From Odoribacter sp. OttesenSCG-928-L07 (GTDB lineage Bacteria; Bacteroidota; Bacteroidia; Bacteroidales; BM520), in contig JAJDHA010000001.1 in NCBI GenBank assembly GCA_030265965.1, positions 1-63,393 on the forward strand: a DNA stretch of 63,393 nucleotides. The letters are read 5' to 3'. Positions 21,981 through 30,329 of this stretch are shown in pieces. Made by a program: the position numbers and the translations under genes. Each line of letters starts with the position of its first letter. Position 1 is the stretch's first letter. Under the pieces are notes generated by a model. It saw only the letters and a program-made list of their open reading frames with translations. It was not told the origin of the DNA and ran no database searches.

Positions 21981-22020
21981 TGCTATTAAAAATTAAATTA
22001 GCTGCAAAGATAGGATTTTC

Positions 22021-22052
22021 AGTTGAAAGTTGGGAGTTGAGGGTTGAAAGTT
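22021..22052. repeat. Tandem heptamer array (left island border)
   Basis: AGTTGAA-AGTTGGG-AGTTGAG-GGTTGAA-AGTT. Confidence 0.75.
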
Positions 22053-22122
22053 TTTTGGATAAATCTTTTTTTGAGTCGATTTATTATTTTAAATTTACTT
22101 TACTGTTATAAAAAACTAATAA

Positions 22123-25100
22123 CTATTTATTTCTTTTAAAATTCTCCGCTTGTTCAAAAATTTCCACATAAACTTCATCGCGTTCCACAGGAGGATATCC
22201 GTATTCATCTAACAATAATATCAAACCAACTTTCAATGCAGATTTAATATCATCGCGTTTATTCCAATCAGGGTATTTCGCTTGTGAATCTACAAGGTTT
22301 TTTACTCCTTTAGCTAATTCAATCATTTTATCATCAGGGTAAGTAAAGTCATATTTAGTACACAATGATTTGAGTATGTCGTAAAAAGCCTTTTCTTCGA
22401 AATCAATACCCATTGCATCACCTGCGGAAAACTCTTTATGAACTTCCCAAATCAAATTGGTTAGCTGTTCCGCTATTTCTTCATAAACTTCACTTCTTAA
22501 AATATCGTTTGCATCTCGCTGATTGTATCGTTCCACCAAACTCTCCATTTTTTTACTGAAGTCGATCCCTTTCATGCGGTTTACCTTTTTCAGTTCTCCG
22601 ATTACTTTCGCCAACAGCTTTTGGAGCAGCTTGATTTTTGTATTGGGCAGCTTTATCTTATCTATCTTTGCCAAATAATCTTCATCGAAAATGTCTTGTT
22701 CAGTTTCATCTTCCGAACCCATTTTGAAGAGTTCTTCCACGCCGTCACTTATCAAAGCGTCTTTTATCATTTCCTGCACTTTGGCATTCATCTGTGCTGT
22801 ATCGGGAGCATCGCCTTTGGTCAATTTAAAAACGATAGAACGAACAGCCAAATAGAAGTGTGTATAATCTCGTTCTTCCTGCGTGAGTTGTTCGCTGCCG
22901 GTGCAAATATCATACGCTGCTTTCAGGCGTTTCACCAAATCCATAAAACGAGTTTCAAATTCTTTGGTGCACTGTATATATTCAGCGGCTTTGTTCAAAC
23001 AGTTCAATTGTTCCAATGTACCACCTGAGAAATAAGCTGAGCTATCGAATTTGTGAAACAGTTTTGTCAACAGATCCAAATGATCTTTTACCACCACAAG
23101 CGACTGGGTGATATCTTCAAAATTATCTTTGTCGCCTTTATTGTAGTGAGCCAAAGCAAGGTTCATTTGTTTCTTGATTCCGATATAATCGACCACCAAA
23201 CCTTTGTTTTTACCTTCAAACTTACGATTTACGCGCGAAATCGTTTGTATCAGATTGTGTTGTTGTATCGGCTTATCAATATAAATGGTATCGAGAAACG
23301 GCACGTCGAAACCTGTGAGCCACATATCGACCACAATGGCAATTTTGAAGTTTGACTTTTCATTCTTGAATTGTCGGTCGAGTTCTTTACGATACTCCTT
23401 TGTTCCCAATAAATCATATAACTTTTTGTCGTCGTCTTTATTGCGAGTCATCACAAGTTTGATACGTTCCATCGGTTTCAACTCACGTTTGTCTTTATCG
23501 GTAAGTTCAACACCCTCTTCCGCGAATCGGACTTCTCCCCATTCAGGACGAAGCGCCAGTACCTTTTTATAAAAATCGTAGGCGATAGTACGATTGCTGC
23601 ACACAAACATGGCTTTACCTTTTACCGAAGAACCTTCAGAAATACGATTTTCGTAGTGTGTAACAAAGTCTTCGGCTAATGCCTGCAAACGGTCAGGATC
23701 GCCAAGAATAACATGTAATCGGGCAGACTCTTGTTTACTTTTCTCTATTTGATATTCGTTTGCTCCTTCTTCGGCTACATCGTTATAATATTGTTCTATT
23801 TTTTGTAGTTCGCTGTTATTCAAAACTACTTTGGCAGCCCGTCCTTCATATACAATGCGAACGGTAATTTCATCGCGAACTGATTCGGTCATAGTATAGG
23901 CATCCATCACTTTACCAAACACATCGAGTGTGGCATCGATGGGAGTACCAGTGAATCCTACATACACTGCGTTTGGCAATGAATCGTGCAGGTATTTGGC
24001 AAATCCGAAAGTTTTGGATACACCTTTCTCGCTTATTTTTATTTTTTGGTCCAGATTGGTTTGACTGCGATGGGCTTCGTCCGAAATACAAATTACATTT
24101 TGACGGTCAGTTAATAATTCGGTATCCTCGGTGAACTTATGAATAGTGGTTAGAAAAACGCCGCCGCTTTCACGTCCTTGCAACAATTCACGCAAATCAT
24201 TTCGACTTTCAACACTAATGACATTATTGTCTCCAATGTATTGTTTGGCATTGGTAAATTGTCCGGCTAATTGGTCGTCCAAATCGGTACGATCGGTAAT
24301 CAATACAATGGTAGGGCTGCCAAAGTATTCGCTTTTCATCAATAGCCGGGTAAGGAAAAGCATTGTATAACTTTTCCCGCAACCTGTTGCCCCAAAATAA
24401 GTACCACCTTTTCCATTTCCAAACGGTTTTTGAGCCTGTTTTATGTTGTCATATAGTGCTCGAGCCGCGTAATATTGCGGATAGCGACAAACTATTTTCT
24501 CGTTCTTTTTCGATGAATCTGGAAAGTAAACGAAGTTTCGCAGTACATCCCGCAATCTATTTTTCTGGAACATACCTTGAACCAAGGTATACATAGAATC
24601 TATGCCATCCACATCTTTATTCATGCCGGCAATGCGTCGCCATGCATAGAAGAAATCGTAAGGAGCGAAAAACGAACCTACTTTGTTGTTTATACCATCG
24701 CTGATTACACAAAAAGCATTGTATTTGAACAGTTCGGGAATATCACGTTCGTAACGGACAGTCAACTGTGTATAAGCATCGTGAATGGTAGTATCTTCTC
24801 GAATGGCACTTTTGAATTCGAAAACCACCAAAGGCAAACCATTGATATATAGAATGCCATCAGGAATGCGTTTTTCCGAACCTTGAATTTCCAACTGAGT
24901 TATAAAGCGGTAGATATTTGCATCCGTTTTGTATTCAGCTTGTGGTTCAGCGACAACGGAAATTAGTTCTTCGGCAGTGTAAGTCTGATTCTCCAATCCC
25001 GAATAATCAATCAGCTGGATATAAACATCTTTATGCGTATGATCTTCACGTTTGAGAATAAATCCATCGGACAACATTTTCATAAAATGTTTATTGCTCT

Positions 25101-25329
25101 CGTACAGATCAGAAGCGGGAAGCGATTTCAGCTCCAACAGAATAGATTTGATTTCCGTATCGGTAATACCGTGATTAGCATAACGCTTTTTCAGGAAATT
25201 GCACAAATCGTCTTCTATCAGTACTTCATCAGGCTGGCGGGTAAGCGTATTGCCCAAGCAATGCGGATAACCTTCTTGTGAAAGAAGTTCGGCAAATGCT
25301 TGTTCGAGTTTGGCTTCGGTGAATTTCAT
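22123..25329 (-). CDS. hsdR: Type I restriction enzyme subunit R
   Basis: RIPDGILYINGLPLVVFEFKS nuclease motif, ATGCGKS, DEAHR, FTGTP, MWLTGFD, QTISRVNR. Confidence 0.96.
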   Translation of the reverse strand: MKFTEAKLEQAFAELLSQEGYPHCLGNTLTRQPDEVLIEDDLCNFLKKRYANHGITDTEIKSILLELKSLPASDLYESNKHFMKMLSDGFILKREDHTHKDVYIQLIDYSGLENQTYTAEELISVVAEPQAEYKTDANIYRFITQLEIQGSEKRIPDGILYINGLPLVVFEFKSAIREDTTIHDAYTQLTVRYERDIPELFKYNAFCVISDGINNKVGSFFAPYDFFYAWRRIAGMNKDVDGIDSMYTLVQGMFQKNRLRDVLRNFVYFPDSSKKNEKIVCRYPQYYAARALYDNIKQAQKPFGNGKGGTYFGATGCGKSYTMLFLTRLLMKSEYFGSPTIVLITDRTDLDDQLAGQFTNAKQYIGDNNVISVESRNDLRELLQGRESGGVFLTTIHKFTEDTELLTDRQNVICISDEAHRSQTNLDQKIKISEKGVSKTFGFAKYLHDSLPNAVYVGFTGTPIDATLDVFGKVMDAYTMTESVRDEITVRIVYEGRAAKVVLNNSELQKIEQYYNDVAEEGANEYQIEKSKQESARLHVILGDPDRLQALAEDFVTHYENRISEGSSVKGKAMFVCSNRTIAYDFYKKVLALRPEWGEVRFAEEGVELTDKDKRELKPMERIKLVMTRNKDDDKKLYDLLGTKEYRKELDRQFKNEKSNFKIAIVVDMWLTGFDVPFLDTIYIDKPIQQHNLIQTISRVNRKFEGKNKGLVVDYIGIKKQMNLALAHYNKGDKDNFEDITQSLVVVKDHLDLLTKLFHKFDSSAYFSGGTLEQLNCLNKAAEYIQCTKEFETRFMDLVKRLKAAYDICTGSEQLTQEERDYTHFYLAVRSIVFKLTKGDAPDTAQMNAKVQEMIKDALISDGVEELFKMGSEDETEQDIFDEDYLAKIDKIKLPNTKIKLLQKLLAKVIGELKKVNRMKGIDFSKKMESLVERYNQRDANDILRSEVYEEIAEQLTNLIWEVHKEFSAGDAMGIDFEEKAFYDILKSLCTKYDFTYPDDKMIELAKGVKNLVDSQAKYPDWNKRDDIKSALKVGLILLLDEYGYPPVERDEVYVEIFEQAENFKRNK

Positions 25330-25330
25330 A
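25319..25330. repeat. 12-bp direct repeat, copy at hsdR start
   Basis: GTGAATTTCATA; identical copy at 26600-26611. Confidence 0.7.
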
Positions 25331-25335
25331 CGGCT

Positions 25336-26355
25336 TTATTCTTTATCGTTATTTTCCGACTGTTCTTTTAACTCTTTGATTGCCCTATCGAAATCGCTTT
25401 CGTATTGCAACATTTCTTTTCGACGATATTCTTCAAATTCTTGTGTTGCTTTTTCTATGGCTTGTTTGTGTGAAATAGTCCCTGCATTATTGAGCAAAGG
25501 ACGGTTGCCTACCATCAGAATATTATCTAACTTTTCAATCCATTGCTGCATGGTCATAGCTTGTTGTTCTAAGGCTTGCAATTCAGCAAAATCAAGATAC
25601 TGAGATACTAACAAATTCAAGACTTGCAACTCTTTTTCCGAAAGATAGTTTTTTGCAATTTTTACATCATCGCGCGTTATGTAATCGCCTTTGAAATTGG
25701 TCATGCCCACCATGGGTTTTTCGGAATCTACCCGCTGATAAATAACCTCAGCCGCTGTATGTTGATGAGCGGCATAGTGCATTTTATTCTGAACGGTTGC
25801 AAAAAACGATCTAGTAACATCTGAGTTTGGATCATAATCAATCGCAGTAGCATAAATATCAGTTACTTGTTGATATAGATTGCGTTCGCTGGAACGAATA
25901 TCCCGAACACGTTGTAACAGTTCCCGAAAATAACGATTTCCATTCCCTTTCAATCGCTCATCGTCCATCGTAAATCCTTTTTGGATATATTCGTGCAGAC
26001 GTTGTGTTGCCCATTGCCGAAATCGTGTAGCCACTTGGGATTTCACACGATAACCGATGGCGATAATCATATCTAAATTATAGTTTGGAATATTCCGTTT
26101 TACAGAACGCTTACCTTCCGTTTGAACCTGTAAGAAATTCTTACAAGTTCGATCTTCCTGTAATTCAGCTTCTTGGTAGATATTTCGGATATGCTGCACA
26201 ATATTCTCGCGCGTTGTATCAAACAGCAAAGCAATCTGCTGTTGCGAAAGCCAAACATCTTGACCATCAAAACGGACATTGACATTTGTTATCCCATTGT
26301 CGTCTTGATAAAGAACGAACTGACTATTTGAGGGTTGAGGGTTATTGTTTGACAT
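25336..26355 (-). CDS. RhuM-family (virulence RhuM-like) protein
   Basis: VWLSQQQIALLF, YNLDMIIAIGYRVKSQVATRFRQWAT, RDIRSSER, QNKMHYA, AKNYL. Confidence 0.9.
   Translation of the reverse strand: MSNNNPQPSNSQFVLYQDDNGITNVNVRFDGQDVWLSQQQIALLFDTTRENIVQHIRNIYQEAELQEDRTCKNFLQVQTEGKRSVKRNIPNYNLDMIIAIGYRVKSQVATRFRQWATQRLHEYIQKGFTMDDERLKGNGNRYFRELLQRVRDIRSSERNLYQQVTDIYATAIDYDPNSDVTRSFFATVQNKMHYAAHQHTAAEVIYQRVDSEKPMVGMTNFKGDYITRDDVKIAKNYLSEKELQVLNLLVSQYLDFAELQALEQQAMTMQQWIEKLDNILMVGNRPLLNNAGTISHKQAIEKATQEFEEYRRKEMLQYESDFDRAIKELKEQSENNDKE
26125..26149. repeat. In-frame palindrome in rhuM
   Basis: AAC-CTGTAAG-AAATT-CTTACAA-GTT (one mismatch); encodes TCKNFLQV. Confidence 0.85.
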
Positions 26356-26459
26356 TATTGAATTATTTTAATTATACTGTACCATTTCTCTTGTTCTTCG
26401 TCCCAGATGGTACGAACTTTCTTTTCTTCGAATGGCTTTATGGATTCTTGGTTGGGCAT
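26355..26459 (-). pseudogene. Bro-N-family 5' remnant (34 aa)
   Basis: MPNQESIKPFEEKKVRTIWDEEQEKWYSIIKIIQ*, resembling the Bro-N start FEEKKVRTVWDEEQEKWYFS; stop overlaps rhuM ATG (TAATG). Confidence 0.7.
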
Positions 26460-26496
26460 GCTACACGCGGATTTATAAGTTTTGAAATAACTATTT

Positions 26497-26622
26497 CTAT
26501 TTTGGAACAGTTGCTTTATTTTCCAATCGAGCTTCTACTTTTACAGCTCCGCTGTCGGATTGGTAAAGAAGGATTTCGCCTTTTGAGGGATTGAATTTAG
26601 TGAATTTCATATTCTTCTTCAT
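26497..26622 (-). pseudogene. RhuM-family 5' remnant (41 aa)
   Basis: MKKNMKFTKFNPSKGEILLYQSDSGAVKVEARLENKATVPK*; EILLYQ..G..KVEARLE parallels QIVIYQAADGTTKLEVRLKE of 30330..31328. Confidence 0.7.
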
Positions 26623-28575
26623 TTATTGAAAATCATCTGGTAAATACTGTTTGTATTTCTCTTCAAGTAGAGATAGTGCATCTTCATTTGTTTGAAGATT
26701 TAAATTTAACTTATCTTTTATATACTTGTATTTTGATCTTGCTGTTTGAATTATGTCGCTCCAACGAAGGATAAACACATTTACATGTTCTGATTCTATA
26801 ATGTGACCATAACGTCTGTGTTGCTGCTCTACGCTTGTTTTTAATTCATCTTTAATGTCTCTTGTTAATAAAATAAAAGTCCATTTAGTTTTTTCTTTGG
26901 GAAATCGAGCATCATTACTGACTTTAGCAGCATAAGATTCTATTTGTGTTTTTTCAGGAAACCCTGCATCTTTAATTGGTCGTTTTAATTCAATTACCAA
27001 ATTTTCGTAATAATCAGCTTTTCCTAAATTGTATTGTTTCCATAGACATACATCAGGAATCGTTTCTAATTCTGAATTATCTTCAGAATTTACCACTTCT
27101 TCGAAATCATCTCGTCCTAAATCTTTTAGATATTGTTTTAGAACATTTTTAAGAGTTAAATCATCCGCACCATAAGTATAATCATCACCAAAAATCCAAG
27201 TTTCATTCACTACAATTTTGTGTAAATGCTTTCTCTCTTTTACTTTTTTTGAATGTTCAGGATCATATATAAGCAATTCTAATCCGCTTAGAAAATCAAG
27301 CCTATCTGTCACTAAACGCATAGTGTCAATCATATTCTCCAAAGAAGTTTTCTCTAACAATTCAGCCAACTCTTCTTTCTTATCGTCAGGCAATCCTATA
27401 ACTTCAGTGAGAATCTTTTGCAAACTAGCAGTGTTTGTCTCTAATGCCTCTTTAACTAAAGACAATGTTAATTTCTTGCTTATATTATCTTGTTCACTAA
27501 AAGAAGGTAGATATTCATTTATTTGAAGAGCAACTATATCAAAAACTTGGCGTTTTGCTATTTCAACATTTCCTTTTGCTTCTTCGTGATAGGGATATAA
27601 ATTTGACATTTTAAGATCTTCTATAAATTCTTTAGAATAATAGTGCAATCTTTTTCTGACATATTCTCGTGCTATTTTTTTACTTTGTTCAACGACTTTT
27701 ACTAACTCTGGATTAGCCTCAGCTAAATTTAATTCATTTTGTCTATGTAAAGATTCAATATATATTGATTGAATAAAAATTGAAATCGGCAAACTTGAGC
27801 GTATCCCAAGCGTGGCTTCAAGAAATGGAATTCCTTTTTCATTACATAAATATGTTTTCCTTTTATTCTCAAATTTCCATTCTATTATTTTAATTTCAAA
27901 TTTATACGTCAGGTTATTAATATCTGTTTTTATTATTTCCGTATATTGATTTTTTATAAGGTTGTCAAAATCTAATTTTTTATTGTTAATATATATTTGA
28001 AAATATGGATAACTTAAGTAATACAAAGCAAATCTTTCTTCTAGTTCTCTGAAATTATCTTTTAAAAAAACTTCATTTGCAATTTTATCATTGATATTGT
28101 TGATTGTGACCTTAAATCCCTTTTTCATGCCATTAACAGTCTCAATGTCGCTTAATTTAGGATTTCGAAGACTATTTTTATCAATAGCAACAGTAAAATG
28201 ATTAGAAAAATCATCTATGATCTGATAACTATCGAAATGCACCAGATCTCCAAGAGCTAAAGCTTTATACCTGCCTTTTCCTTCCTTGCCATGATAAACC
28301 CTTCCTGCAGGACTAACATTATTTTGTTTCTTATCTGAGCCTCCAAGTTTTTGAAAGACATCTTCTGCTAATTGATAAGATAATCCAATACCATCATCTT
28401 CTATAGATATGTACTCGTATTTGCCAAGTACATTTTTCTCAAAATTTATTCTTATTTCATTTGCATCAGCATCAAGAGAATTCCAAATTAACTCTGAGAT
28501 AGCATTGATTCCATTAGATCTTGTTAAAGACTCAATGTGATCCTGCTGGACAATTATTTCTAATTCCTTTGACAT
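26623..28575 (-). CDS. GHKL (HATPase_c/MORC-like) ATPase fused to C-terminal PD-(D/E)xK nuclease
   Basis: ELIWNSLDA (N-box), DDGIG (G1), GKEGKGR (G2); C-terminal IPDVCLW...VIELKRP. Confidence 0.8.
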   Translation of the reverse strand: MSKELEIIVQQDHIESLTRSNGINAISELIWNSLDADANEIRINFEKNVLGKYEYISIEDDGIGLSYQLAEDVFQKLGGSDKKQNNVSPAGRVYHGKEGKGRYKALALGDLVHFDSYQIIDDFSNHFTVAIDKNSLRNPKLSDIETVNGMKKGFKVTINNINDKIANEVFLKDNFRELEERFALYYLSYPYFQIYINNKKLDFDNLIKNQYTEIIKTDINNLTYKFEIKIIEWKFENKRKTYLCNEKGIPFLEATLGIRSSLPISIFIQSIYIESLHRQNELNLAEANPELVKVVEQSKKIAREYVRKRLHYYSKEFIEDLKMSNLYPYHEEAKGNVEIAKRQVFDIVALQINEYLPSFSEQDNISKKLTLSLVKEALETNTASLQKILTEVIGLPDDKKEELAELLEKTSLENMIDTMRLVTDRLDFLSGLELLIYDPEHSKKVKERKHLHKIVVNETWIFGDDYTYGADDLTLKNVLKQYLKDLGRDDFEEVVNSEDNSELETIPDVCLWKQYNLGKADYYENLVIELKRPIKDAGFPEKTQIESYAAKVSNDARFPKEKTKWTFILLTRDIKDELKTSVEQQHRRYGHIIESEHVNVFILRWSDIIQTARSKYKYIKDKLNLNLQTNEDALSLLEEKYKQYLPDDFQ

Positions 28576-28582
28576 GTTTTTT

Positions 28583-29776
28583 TTAATTTTTTATTGTTGC
28601 CATCTTCGAAAGAAGTAGCGATTGTAATTCTTTTAACTTTTTATCTTGTTCAGCAAACAGCTCTATATTTTTATCAAGAATAGATATAGTGTCTTCAAAT
28701 AGTTGAATAGTTTTATTGTTCGGAATGATAATTTTACTCTGATATAACGCCTCTTTTGTTATTGAGCCAAATATTGTTCCTTCGTCATTAGACACATCAA
28801 ATTCATTTCTAATTGCTAACATCAAATGAAAAAGAAATGAATTGTGTTTTGTTTTGCTATTCAAAGAGGCAATACCTCGACCAATTGCACAATCATTCTT
28901 TGTTATATTCAAGTCTCCTACTGGAGCTCTCACACTCATTAATATATCTCCCTTTTTAGCTCTTTTTTTAGGTTCAGTAGTGTAAGTTGTTATATCAGGA
29001 AATCTTATTCCAAAGTCTGTTCGCCCCTGATAAAATATCATCCCATTTCCTTCGGAATTATACGACTCACCTTCAGGTGACTGTCCCATAATGATATTTG
29101 CAATATCCGACAAAGCTCCCACTCTCCACCCCCTCGGAATCTCCCCCAACTCACTATCCACCATTTCGCCACCCGAACTTTTATACGACTTCCCGTCTTC
29201 ATTTGGAAACTCAAAATCCACAAACCACTGCTTGTAAATAGCCTGTGCAGTTTCTTCGAGTTTTTGTATCAGTTGGTTGTTGAGGTCTATACGACGTTGC
29301 ACGGCATTGTATTCGGCTACTATCTCGCGTTGTTTTTCGGGAGAGGGAATGGGGAGTTCAGTATTGCACAATTCTTCCCAATCAAACATTTCCCTAACGC
29401 TTCCATGACTTCTGAAACGAGCATATCTGTCAAACTCGGGACGCCGAAACCACATCATTAGATACTCAGGAAGAAGGCTTTCTGTGTCAGTAATTTCAAA
29501 AACAGTATATGCTTGAGAAACTAATGCCGTACCTCCATTCGCATACATTGCAATACCAATTTTGTCTCCTCTTCGAGAAGTGTCTGGGATATATGTGAAT
29601 TGAGTGTTTCTTACTGTTTTGTATTTTGTAAAGTCAGTTCCAACAGTATTTGCTACAGATTTAATAAATTCTTTTGACACAGAAACACCAAGTAGATTGT
29701 CTTCCCGTCCTTCAAGATTCCGCACATCCACTTCCCGAATATAATCACCCAATCGTTTATAATTGCTCATTCTCAT
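28583..29776 (-). CDS. hsdS: Type I R-M specificity subunit S
   Basis: Two TRDs around conserved LPIPSPEKQREIV...LEETAQAIYKQWFVDFEFP...ELGEIPRGW; ends LKELQSLLLSKM. Confidence 0.93.
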   Translation of the reverse strand: MRMSNYKRLGDYIREVDVRNLEGREDNLLGVSVSKEFIKSVANTVGTDFTKYKTVRNTQFTYIPDTSRRGDKIGIAMYANGGTALVSQAYTVFEITDTESLLPEYLMMWFRRPEFDRYARFRSHGSVREMFDWEELCNTELPIPSPEKQREIVAEYNAVQRRIDLNNQLIQKLEETAQAIYKQWFVDFEFPNEDGKSYKSSGGEMVDSELGEIPRGWRVGALSDIANIIMGQSPEGESYNSEGNGMIFYQGRTDFGIRFPDITTYTTEPKKRAKKGDILMSVRAPVGDLNITKNDCAIGRGIASLNSKTKHNSFLFHLMLAIRNEFDVSNDEGTIFGSITKEALYQSKIIIPNNKTIQLFEDTISILDKNIELFAEQDKKLKELQSLLLSKMATIKN

Positions 29777-30323
29777 CTCTCAATTTTATGAACTCATTTT
29801 CTATTTCTTCTATCGTTGGTAAGCTATCTTTCAATTCTTTGGGCAAATGCTCGGTAATTTGAAATTCGCTTACTCCCATAGGTTTGTTTATATCGCGTAA
29901 TGAAAACTCGACTTCAATGCTATTCTTTTCGCGGCACAGTAAAATGCCAATCGTTTGTTGTCCGACAAAAGCAAATCCTTTACCTAATTCCAATGGAATT
30001 TTTGTAACGGGTTGTTGCACAATTTGTCCAACAGGTTGTTGGATTAATTTATCGTGATAGAAAACATAGAATTGCTTGCAATAAAATAAGTTACTCCTTG
30101 ATAAACCTTTCATGTCAGGAAATTCTGATTGCAGATCTTTAGCCGCCTGCTCTATCAGTTTATTACCCCACACGTTCTCTTTTTCGGAAATCATTTTGCC
30201 TAATTCCCAATAAAATTCAATCAATGCAGAATTGACAGCAATAGCTGCCTTAATTTGCGTTGAACGAATTTTGGTTTTTAGCTCTAAAATCCATTTTTTA
30301 TAACTGTTATCGGATATATTCAT
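29757..30323 (-). pseudogene. Internally deleted YhcG/DUF1016 protein (ORF still open)
   Basis: N-domain AVNSALIEFYWELG...WG...DLQSEFPDMKGLSRSNL joined to LELGKGFAFVG and then TIGILLC...LPTIEEIE; central region and nuclease motif missing. Confidence 0.75.
30003..30049. repeat. Tandem pair of in-frame hairpins in YhcG remnant
   Basis: TCCAACA-GGT-TGTTGGA (30027-43) and degenerate TGTAACG-GGT-TGTTGCA (30003-19), period 24 nt; encodes IQQPVGQI-VQQPVTKI. Confidence 0.75.
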
Positions 30324-30329
30324 ACCGCC

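Noticed and set aside
22021-22052. Heptamer and 18/24-nt repeats as CRISPR or DGR repeats
   Set aside because: No unique spacers, cas genes, reverse transcriptase or TR/VR pair.
26286-26594. 102-aa plus-strand ORF in the island
   Set aside because: Antisense shadow; the minus strand holds recognisable RhuM and Bro-N remnants.
28583-29776. Phase-variable hsdS shufflon
   Set aside because: Only one hsdS; no silent TRD copies, flanking inverted repeats or recombinase seen in the window.
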